Source: an uncultured virus (IMG/VR IMGVR_UViG_3300031994_000073)
Lineage: Duplodnaviria; Heunggongvirae; Uroviricota; Caudoviricetes
Virus record (IMG/VR): IMGVR_UViG_3300031994_000073
Strand: one strand, 5' to 3'
Length of the DNA: 64,000 nt
The stretch's first letter is position 1; the number at the start of each line of letters is the position of its first letter. The notes under the pieces were generated by a model, which was not told where the DNA came from, did no database searches, and was given only the letters and a program-made list of their open reading frames with translations. Positions 7,945 through 15,021 of the stretch are shown here, one piece after another. Both the position numbers and the translations under genes were made by a program.

Positions 7945-8017
7945 TGGACAATAAGGGACTCGAACCCTTGACCTCCTGAGTGCAAATCAGGCGTTCTTCC
8001 AACTGAACTAAAAGCCC
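7945..8017 (-). tRNA. tRNA-Ala(TGC), second copy
   Basis: G3:U70, loop TT-TGC-AC. Confidence 0.9.
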
Positions 8018-8155
8018 ATAAGTTTCGCCCCTTACTCAACTACCTGCAGTTAGCTTTTCGTGGACTTGTCAATTCCCGGGTGGACTTGAACCACCGTGTC
8101 CGTCCGTTTTAGCGTCCGGTCCAACTACCGTCATTGGACAGTCATTGACCATTAG

Positions 8156-8242
8156 TGGGTGGCGAGGGATTCGGACCCCCAAAGCCCGTTAGGGCGGCGG
8201 AGTTACAGTCCGCCCTGACTCACCAGCCGTCAGCGGCCACCC
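8156..8242 (-). tRNA. tRNA-Tyr(GTA)
   Basis: Loop CT-GTA-AC, variable arm; T loop TCCGAAT. Confidence 0.88.
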
Positions 8243-8425
8243 ATAAGAAACTGTTCTCAGTGCAGCGACCCCGCAACCTGCACCATTCGCTGTTCTTCAC
8301 CAAATCGTATTGAAACAATCCACTGAAGTGCTCGCCTGTGCCGTAACCATACTTGCAACCAATTCCTGCTCTGCGCATCAAGCCAAAATCAATCGTTTTC
8401 AGATTACTGCTATTTTTGAACAGTA

Positions 8426-8500
8426 TCGGGCTAGTCGGATTCGAACCGACGACCTCTTGATCCCAAATCAAGCGCTCTAGCCAGACTGAGCTACAGCCCG
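8426..8500 (-). tRNA. tRNA-Pro(TGG)
   Basis: CGGGCTG acceptor, loop TT-TGG-GA. Confidence 0.92.
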
Positions 8501-8655
8501 TTATTCGCCCTGTACTTAAACCCTCTAGAAAAGTCTGTTCTAGGACTTGCCTATCGTTGTCCCTATCTCAACCAGACTCGAACTGATTTTTCTGCCACGA
8601 TTGACAGCGTCTTATCCTGAAGACCTTTTTGATAGTTTCTATTGTAAGCCGTTAG

Positions 8656-8693
8656 TGCCCCAGGAAGGACTCGAACCTTCAACCCACGGATTA
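8656..8693 (-). pseudogene. 3' half of an interrupted tRNA
   Basis: TAA-TCCGT-GGGTT-GAAGG-TTCGAGT-CCTTC-CTGGGGC-A; pairs with the 5' half at 9435-9467. Confidence 0.88.
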
Positions 8694-8702
8694 TGGCTTT
8701 TA

Positions 8703-8775
8703 TGGGAGTACCGAGACTCGAACTCGGATTCGACGATTAAGAGTCGCCTATACTAGCCAATTGTATTATACTCCC
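8703..8775 (-). tRNA. tRNA-Lys(CTT) nested inside the interrupted tRNA
   Basis: GGGAGTA/TACTCCC acceptor, loop CT-CTT-AA; 5' end overlaps the last codons and stop of the endonuclease. Confidence 0.88.
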
Positions 8776-9419
8776 ATTAGGAATTTACGGACAATTTCAA
8801 TCCATTCTTTTGGATTTTTATAGCATTCTTGCCAAGGAATCCTAAGTTCTTTCCAGCCGTTTTCTGTTAGAAGCTTATCTTTTGCAGCATCTCTCAGTTT
8901 TTGAGTATTGTCTGTTTGATGTTGCTTCCCATCAACTTCTATGCACAGTTTCTTGGTCGGCCAAGCAAAATCTAAAGAAAATCTACCAAAGGAAAATTCA
9001 GTTTTGTAATCTTCATTTTCTCTAAGATCAAATTCATCAGCTAGAACTTTTATCAACCATTTTTCTGGCCAACTATGTTCATTATTCCAACGGCATTGCC
9101 CTATGTTATAGGCTCTGCCTTCAGAATGTGCTAACTTCATTGATTCAAAAATTTTAGATTTCGTCTTCGCAGAATGTTTTTTGTCCTTCCATGAAGGAAT
9201 TATTTCGCCATTTCTGTAGCGTTCACTTAGTCTTTCTCCTTTAATTCTCAGAATATCATTTGTTTCTTTGTTTTTTCCTTTATTCCAGGGTTCTTTGCCT
9301 TTCATGTGATTGACATAAACTCTATCTGGATTTTCAGGACAAAGTCGCTCATGATTTCGGTGAGCATTTGGATTTTTACAAGTTCTGCCACAGAATTTAC
9401 AAATACAAGACGTTTCCAT
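8766..9419 (-). CDS. DUF559/Vsr-like putative homing endonuclease (Zn finger, NUMOD3-like)
   Basis: CKFC..HERLC; PWNKG; KKHSAKTKSK; FSLDFAW..IEVDGKQH..DKLLTENGWKELRI; start trimmed to ATG 9419 after TATAAATA (9424-9431). Confidence 0.85.
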   Translation of the reverse strand: METSCICKFCGRTCKNPNAHRNHERLCPENPDRVYVNHMKGKEPWNKGKNKETNDILRIKGERLSERYRNGEIIPSWKDKKHSAKTKSKIFESMKLAHSEGRAYNIGQCRWNNEHSWPEKWLIKVLADEFDLRENEDYKTEFSFGRFSLDFAWPTKKLCIEVDGKQHQTDNTQKLRDAAKDKLLTENGWKELRIPWQECYKNPKEWIEIVRKFLMGV

Positions 9420-9434
9420 ATTGTATTTATATTC

Positions 9435-9467
9435 AGTCCGCTGCGCTACCAATTGCGCCACTGGGGC
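9435..9467 (-). pseudogene. 5' half of the interrupted tRNA
   Basis: GCCCCAG-TG-GCGC-AATTGGTA-GCGC-A-GCGGA-CT, ending in the anticodon loop. Confidence 0.88.
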
Positions 9468-9575
9468 ATGGAATTGATCTTGTAATCAATATGTTCTATT
9501 TATTACAAGAACTTTTCAAAAACTGCCATTTTTTCAATTTTCTGCCAATCTTCGCGAGAGAGGCATTTTATTTTG

Positions 9576-9724
9576 ACGTATCAAATATAAAAAATTATTT
9601 TGATTTTGTCAAGGGTAAAAATTGAAATTTTTTCATTTTTTTCAAAAATTTTCAATTTTTCTTGTTGAGATCGAGCAATCAATTTCAACGTAGTAAATAT
9701 AACAATTAGTTTCCAATCCGTCAA
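9576..9724 (-). promoter_or_regulatory. two tandem sigma70-like promoters (9576-9612, 9688-9724) upstream of the tRNA array
   Basis: TTGAC(A/G)-17-TATATT in both. Confidence 0.8.
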
Positions 9725-9818
9725 CCAATTTTTTCAAATTTTTTCAATTTTTTCTGTAAACTTTTGTAAACAGAAACAGTTGATACAGTTGATAGATTGT
9801 TGATAACTGTCAATTTAG

Positions 9819-10192
9819 TGGGGACCGGAGGAGTTGAACCTCCACAGGAACTTCACCTGCGTTATTAGTTCCATGCACCTATCTATTGAGAGCTTACCTC
9901 AACTCGTGTGATGCACCGCCTCTCCTTATCCATCCTTCCATCAAGAAGTAACTTCAGCCCGATTATGGGAGCTACCCAGTCTTCTACTTGCAACTTCGAG
10001 ACTTCTGTCGTTTCAGCGAGTTCCGATCCTATCTGCTCTAGCTAAGAGCTAGCCATTCACGGTTCTACTTACTCCTTTATATGGGACTTTCATTAGGAAG
10101 GACCAAGATCGCAGCTACAAAGAGCAACCAATGCAACTACTTTCGGCTTGTCGTATCATCTTTGTCTTACTCGCCATTGGCGGAGGGTCCCC
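9819..10192 (-). ncRNA. 374-nt RNA with tRNA-like acceptor stem and T arm
   Basis: 5' GGGGACC pairs with 3' GGTCCCC-A; T arm GGAGG-TTCAACT-CCTCC; followed by CTA like the tRNAs. Confidence 0.7.
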
Positions 10193-10203
10193 GAATATCT
10201 TAG

Positions 10204-10275
10204 CGCCTTCACCCGGACTCGAACCAGGAATAGCTGATTACAAATCAGCTCGTTTACCGATTAACGTATAAAGGC
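10204..10275 (-). tRNA. tRNA-Thr(TGT)
   Basis: Loop TT-TGT-AA. Confidence 0.9.
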
Positions 10276-10354
10276 AAATAAAAGCGCTGGAGCTGAAAGT
10301 TAGCAGCATTACTCGAGTTGTCTGCAGTTCAATCCGCTCCTATCGCAATTTTAG

Positions 10355-10427
10355 CTGGGAAGACAGGACTCGAACCTGTGACATGGTGGTTAACAGCCAC
10401 CCGTTCTACCGACTGAACTACAACCCA
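10355..10427 (-). tRNA. tRNA-Asn(GTT), second copy
   Basis: Loop CT-GTT-AA. Confidence 0.9.
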
Positions 10428-10657
10428 AAAAGGGAGCGCGACCCTAACGGCTACGGCCCGAAATGAAACTTGTACTTTGTTTCAAATGATGTTCGCCTAA
10501 CATCTCTTCGCTCAATACCGGTGAGACCGCCAATCGTGCACCTTAAAGGCGATCTCCCTCAACACCCATAAAGCGTCTCGTCAGGTGAGACCTCCCTCAA
10601 TTAGCGGCTCGGCTGATTACGTTAGTATCGCTATCGCTAAATGGCTGTTGAGATTAG

Positions 10658-10730
10658 CGCCCGCAGAGGGATCCGAACCCCCGACCTGATGATTACTAAA
10701 CATCTGCTCTACCAGCTGAGCTATACGGGC
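10658..10730 (-). tRNA. tRNA-Thr(AGT)
   Basis: GCCCGTA acceptor, loop TT-AGT-AA. Confidence 0.85.
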
Positions 10731-11064
10731 AAAAGGGAGCAGAAACACTGTGAGCATCGGTGATGCTCTTGGCCAATCTGAAGCGTGAACGCGTAATCGG
10801 CTCCAGAATAAAGGCACGAGGACTGTTTGCTACCTGTCAGGATTGACTTACCTTTGCTATTGCCTTACTCGGTTAGGAGCGGTTAGCATTGGGCAATCAC
10901 TGATACAACTTTCAGGGAACGTGAGGAGTACGGACCGGACTCGCACCGCGTCAGCCGCGCCGTTAAAGAAGCGGGGCTCCAAAACTAAGCAACTCAACCT
11001 ACCTTTAACCCCGGTAGGCATTAGTCGCACGCTCTAAACAGTAGTATCTCGTTGTTTCCGCTAG

Positions 11065-11138
11065 TAGTCCCATTTGGCGTCGAACCAAATTTTCCAGGTT
11101 GAAAACCTAGCGTCCTATCCATCGTAGACGATGGGACC
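11065..11138 (-). tRNA. tRNA-Glu(TTC), second copy
   Basis: Loop TT-TTC-AA. Confidence 0.88.
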
Positions 11139-11203
11139 ATAGATAAACGGATTTCCAAATTTTCAATTTTCCACTTCGCTTCACGAGCGAGGCGTTTTGA
11201 TTG

Positions 11204-11240
11204 ACAGATCAAATATAAAAATTATTTTTGATTCTGTCAA
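11204..11240 (-). promoter_or_regulatory. sigma70-like promoter
   Basis: TTGACA-17-TATATT. Confidence 0.75.
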
Positions 11241-11448
11241 CCGATTTTTCAAAATTTTTCAAAATTTCAACTGAAAAATTTTGAGGGTTGCGGCGCAGAT
11301 TCGCAAGCGATTCTGCATAGACCCGCTCGTTAGGGTTTTGTCGTGAGCCAGATCAACCGCGCTTCCCTTGTCAGCGCCAGAGGGCTTTTTCAACGAGCAA
11401 GGCTTTAGCCTAGGATTTTCTGTAATCAAACCGTTGTTGATTTTGATT

Positions 11449-11485
11449 ACGTAGTAAATATAACAACTTTATTGCTACTTGGCAA
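11449..11485 (-). promoter_or_regulatory. sigma70-like promoter
   Basis: TTGCCA-17-TATATT-TACTACGT. Confidence 0.8.
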
Positions 11486-11716
11486 TTGGAAATTTGAAAA
11501 TTTTTTCCGAAATATTACACTTTCTTCAAAATAGTCAAAAATCCGTGTTATATTGGCAATTTATCAACTGTTAGCGAACCACAGGAATCTCGCAGGTTTA
11601 TCAGGTTTTTGTGTAATAAACCGACGTTTTCCATGTAATTTTAAGCAACAGTTTTTAGGACGTATCCTCTAAATTGCCGCCTGACAAAATGTTTTATCAA
11701 CACTTTATCAACATAG

Positions 11717-11803
11717 TAGGCATACGAGGAGTCGGACCTCTCTGCACCGCCCTGGATTGTTTATGCAGCCCGGGTTATGAGTCCGGCCCAAGGTAGTACG
11801 CCT
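11717..11803 (-). tRNA. D-arm-less tRNA-like gene, anticodon CAT (Ile2 or Met)
   Basis: AGGCGTA/TATGCCT acceptor, loop CT-CAT-AA, T arm GAGG-TCCGACT-CCTC, no D stem, long variable region. Confidence 0.75.
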
Positions 11804-11869
11804 ATTTCGTTTAACTTGTTACCGCAGTAGCGTTCTGCTTTGAGAGAATTTCACTCTCGCCAATTTTAG

Positions 11870-11940
11870 TTGCCCGCGGTGGTACCGCCCCACCTCCAAG
11901 AGATTCAAAGTCTCCTATACTACTTCTATACGAGCGGGCA
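11870..11940 (-). tRNA. tRNA-Gln(TTG), atypical T loop
   Basis: TGCCCGC/GCGGGCA acceptor, loop CT-TTG-AA, T loop GGCGGTA. Confidence 0.82.
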
Positions 11941-12121
11941 AAAAGTGCCGGGCTACCGGCTAATGCGAAAGACGCCGAGGAACGCAAGTTTACCGCGAAT
12001 AGACTCTTGTTCCTCTAGTCTGCGCTGGGTTGATTCCCACCTGTCCTTCCGGGCTCGAACCGGACACTCCCCCGTCAAGGAGGCGTTTTGCCAACCGATA
12101 AACTAAGGCACGCAGATTTAG

Positions 12122-12194
12122 TAGTGCATTCGGGATTCGGACCCGAGTCTCCAGCTTGAGAGGCTAGCGAACTAACCAACTATTCTAATGCACC
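12122..12194 (-). tRNA. tRNA-Glu(CTC)
   Basis: Loop CT-CTC-AA. Confidence 0.88.
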
Positions 12195-12202
12195 AAATGT
12201 AG

Positions 12203-12282
12203 TACGCTGGGCGGGGATCGAACCCGCATTTTCAACTCCAGTTACGGATAACGGATTAGAAGTCCGAACCGGTTACCAGCGT
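12203..12282 (-). tRNA. D-arm-less tRNA-like gene, anticodon TCT (Arg)
   Basis: ACGCTGG/CCAGCGT acceptor, loop CT-TCT-AA, T arm GCGGG-TTCGATC-CCCGC, no D stem, long variable region. Confidence 0.78.
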
Positions 12283-12295
12283 GTAATGTCAATAG

Positions 12296-12985
12296 TTAAA
12301 GATTGTTGATCTTTGAAACTAAGTCTAAAACGAATTTCTCTTGCTTTTCTTTAGAAAGCTTCTTATATTTACTCCATCTAATTCTATCTAGGCATTTCCA
12401 TCCATCAGACTTTAATCTTTCAGTTCTAAGAATGTCATGTTCTAATATTCTTTTATCTAAATAATGTTGTTCTCCATCAATTTCTAAATAAGTCTTTTTA
12501 TCAGGCCAAGCAAAATCAAGATAATATCCGAGTATTTTGTAATTCTGTTCGTAAGTGATCCTATTATTCTCGAACACCGTTTTGAAGTATTGCTCTGGAT
12601 AGCTATCTCCTTTAGAATGGTGATTCAATACATAAGGTACTTTTTCTGGATGTTCAGCTAAATAATGTTTTCTACTTTCAGAGATTCTTTTCTTAGTCTC
12701 TTCTGAATGCTTCTTACCTAAATAAGCTGGCATCAATTCTTCCGTTTCATACCTTTTCTTTAATTTTTCTGCCGCTGCTTTTAATCTTACATCGTCTTCA
12801 CCGGTTCGTCCAGCATTCCAAGCTTTACATCCAGGAGCATATTTTCTTTTTCCATCTAAGATTACGTATTGAATATGAACTTTCGGACCTTTTTCACAGA
12901 CTCTTTTATGTTCTATAAGATCTATTTTTCTAGGAAATAAATCTTTACAGTACGGACATTTCCAATTTTCATTGCACCTCTTCAT
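12296..12985 (-). CDS. DUF559/Vsr-like putative homing endonuclease (Zn finger, NUMOD3)
   Basis: CPYC..HKRVC; YLGKKHSEETKKRISES; YLDFAW..LEIDGEQH..DILRTERLKSDGWK; TTTAAATA upstream. Confidence 0.85.
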   Translation of the reverse strand: MKRCNENWKCPYCKDLFPRKIDLIEHKRVCEKGPKVHIQYVILDGKRKYAPGCKAWNAGRTGEDDVRLKAAAEKLKKRYETEELMPAYLGKKHSEETKKRISESRKHYLAEHPEKVPYVLNHHSKGDSYPEQYFKTVFENNRITYEQNYKILGYYLDFAWPDKKTYLEIDGEQHYLDKRILEHDILRTERLKSDGWKCLDRIRWSKYKKLSKEKQEKFVLDLVSKINNL

Positions 12986-13008
12986 GATTTATTTAAACTC
13001 AAAACTTA

Positions 13009-13081
13009 TGGGGACATAGGGACTCGAACCCTAAATCGCGCATTAAAAGTGCGCAGTAATAACCAGTTTTACTATATCCCC
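13009..13081 (-). tRNA. tRNA-Lys(TTT)
   Basis: Loop CT-TTT-AA. Confidence 0.88.
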
Positions 13082-13098
13082 AAGGGATTCTAAAATTA

Positions 13099-13182
13099 TC
13101 GGCCTGAACGGACTCGAACCGATACGGCGTTACCGCCGGGGGATTTTAAGTCCCCTGTGTCTACCAATTTCACCACAAGCCG
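13099..13182 (-). tRNA. tRNA-Leu(TAA)
   Basis: Loop CT-TAA-AA, variable arm. Confidence 0.9.
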
Positions 13183-13187
13183 TGAGA

Positions 13188-13340
13188 TTAGTAGTCGTAT
13201 AATTCTGATTGGGAACGTTTTCGGGTTTTGATCTTTATACCCGCTTGAGAGGCAAAAGACCTGGCCGTCTTCAAATTCTTGGCCCAACGCTGTTCTTTTT
13301 CTTCGCGTGTTTCAATGTGTCTTTCATGATTCTTTTTCAT
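13188..13340 (-). CDS. small basic hypothetical protein (50 aa, MKKNHERH...), absent from the ORF track
   Basis: ATG to TAA open frame with GAGG RBS, downstream of the promoter at 13390-13426. Confidence 0.55.
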   Translation of the reverse strand: MKKNHERHIETREEKEQRWAKNLKTARSFASQAGIKIKTRKRSQSELYDY

Positions 13341-13389
13341 TTTTGCCTCTTGTTGTTAGTTGCTTTTAAAAAGTATTGTTGTTTTTGTT

Positions 13390-13426
13390 ACAGATAAAAT
13401 ATAATAACTTTTATTCAATCTGTCAA
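13390..13426 (-). promoter_or_regulatory. sigma70-like promoter
   Basis: TTGACA-17-TATATT. Confidence 0.75.
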
Positions 13427-13468
13427 CTGTTTTAATGTATTTATAACAAAGAATTTTCTAAATCTTCA

Positions 13469-14140
13469 TTATAGAACGAATCCGCCGGTGATTGCTTTGT
13501 CAACGACAGCAGCGAGCTTCTCAGCGTATTCAAGCTGCTTCTTAGCGTAAGCTCTTTGCTTCTCGACGATTTCGTTGCAGGCAGCCTTGATCTCGTCTTC
13601 GGAGTACCATTCCTTCTTGTCAAGCCAGACGTAGGTCTTGAGATAGTAAAGATCGCCGCCATCGGTGCGGACCGGCGTAAGAGTCTCAAGATCAACGTCA
13701 CGCCAGAGCTGTAACTTGACGTGATAGCCTTTCGGTTCCCACGTGCGGATGAACGGAAATCTCGTCTTCACATCTTCATACTTCACCAGTCCCTTAGCGG
13801 CTGCTTGGATCATTTGGACCTTCGCCTCGTGAGCGATAGCTTTCTTCACTGCAAGCATTAAGTGCAGTAAGTCTTCACAGAGTTCTCTACTGAAGGCACG
13901 AGGATAACCGCCTTGAAGCGACCAGCCCTTTGGCTTGGTAACACAAAGATGCGCAGTGTTGTACGTCTTTTCAGCCAGCTTAGTGATGACTTGGTCAAAC
14001 CAATCAGTATTAGACTCAGCATTGCTGATGGCGTCAGCGTTATCCTTCATGAAGGCATTGAAACTGCCTGCAGTCCAGAACGGAATGCCACGGAAGACCT
14101 TTTGCTGTTCCTTAGTAAGATAGCTGAAAAAAGACGGCAT
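13469..14140 (-). CDS. hypothetical protein
   Basis: 223 aa ORF, GAGGA RBS. Confidence 0.75.
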   Translation of the reverse strand: MPSFFSYLTKEQQKVFRGIPFWTAGSFNAFMKDNADAISNAESNTDWFDQVITKLAEKTYNTAHLCVTKPKGWSLQGGYPRAFSRELCEDLLHLMLAVKKAIAHEAKVQMIQAAAKGLVKYEDVKTRFPFIRTWEPKGYHVKLQLWRDVDLETLTPVRTDGGDLYYLKTYVWLDKKEWYSEDEIKAACNEIVEKQRAYAKKQLEYAEKLAAVVDKAITGGFVL

Positions 14141-14142
14141 AA

Positions 14143-14292
14143 CTATTCCTCTTCTAGTTCTTTGTCAAGATCAACGCGCTTGATGCGCTTTCTTTTCTTC
14201 TTGTCGCCAACCACTCGAGTGCGAAGCGTAGCGCCGTTATTGCTATCGGCGATGCGTTCAGAGCGCTGGCGCTTTGATTCTTTCGCTTTCAT
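14143..14292 (-). CDS. small basic hypothetical protein (49 aa, MKAKESKR...), absent from the ORF track
   Basis: Open frame filling the gap between neighbouring genes. Confidence 0.5.
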   Translation of the reverse strand: MKAKESKRQRSERIADSNNGATLRTRVVGDKKKRKRIKRVDLDKELEEE

Positions 14293-14300
14293 AATCAATC

Positions 14301-14795
14301 CTACATACAGTCTCTGATGAGCTCCTTTTCAGAGCTCGCAAGAAGAACGCCGAACTCTTCGGCAGCTTTGAGATACTTTTCGCCCATGCGATGGGCATAG
14401 TCAGCGAGACCGCGGGCCTTTGCTTCACGCAGAGCGCAAGCGAACTCGGAGACGAGCGCCATGCGGTCACGGAGCAAGCCGCTGAAGCAGGCGTCAATGA
14501 AAGAAGACAGACCATAGTCATTCAGGCGGTAAGTCGGACGCTTGGTACCACGAGCAGGCTTTAACATTTCGAGAATGCCCGGACCGCGGTAGCCATGAAT
14601 GCAAGTCGTCCAGATATCCGGAGAACGAGTGATCTCAGGATCGCGGTCCTGAATAGAAGCGCGAGTGAAACGGCTGTCAATGCCAGAAGTCAAAAGGCAG
14701 CGAGCGATACGGAACCAATTGGTGAGGCTCGTAGTTTTGATGCCAGCGACAGTGTGGCGGTAAGTCGGACGAGAGAAAGAGATTTCAAGACGCAT
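14301..14795 (-). CDS. hypothetical protein
   Basis: Start trimmed to ATG 14795 after AAGGA. Confidence 0.65.
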   Translation of the reverse strand: MRLEISFSRPTYRHTVAGIKTTSLTNWFRIARCLLTSGIDSRFTRASIQDRDPEITRSPDIWTTCIHGYRGPGILEMLKPARGTKRPTYRLNDYGLSSFIDACFSGLLRDRMALVSEFACALREAKARGLADYAHRMGEKYLKAAEEFGVLLASSEKELIRDCM

Positions 14796-14831
14796 AGCAA
14801 AATCCTTTGAAAAATTGTTTATTTCCAATCA

Positions 14832-14868
14832 ACGTAGTAAATATAACAACTATTCTGGATCTTGGCAA
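14832..14868 (-). promoter_or_regulatory. sigma70-like early promoter
   Basis: TTGCCA-17-TATATT-TACTACGT. Confidence 0.8.
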
Positions 14869-15021
14869 TATTGAAATTCCAAATTTTAAGAGAAATATTA
14901 CACTTTTTCTTATTTTTCCTTTTTTTGACGAAATTATTAGCAATTCGTGGGGCGCCAGTAAATCTGATTCTCAGACGAATAACACAATTTTGTGTAATAA
15001 ACTAGCCCAAATTGAAGCAAT

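Noticed and set aside
8694..9434. Group I intron in the split tRNA
   Set aside because: The insert is almost fully occupied by promoter, ORF and tRNA. I saw no intron core elements and no terminal G that would restore a 7-nt anticodon loop.
9420..9461. N-terminal extension of the 8766..9461 ORF
   Set aside because: It runs through the tRNA 5' half and upstream of the TATAAATA promoter; ATG 9419 is the more plausible start.
9819..10192. Canonical tmRNA (ssrA)
   Set aside because: No G3:U70 pair and no recognisable tag peptide; kept as an unknown RNA.
4724..13287. Short ORF-track entries across the tRNA island (e.g. 5479..5727, 6430..6753, 7631..7849, 13096..13287)
   Set aside because: They overlap clear tRNA genes and have no RBS or protein-like features.
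13220..13290. Pseudo-tRNA-Glu (GC-CTCTCAA-GC)
   Set aside because: No T arm or acceptor stem; the region is better explained by the 50 aa ORF 13188..13340.
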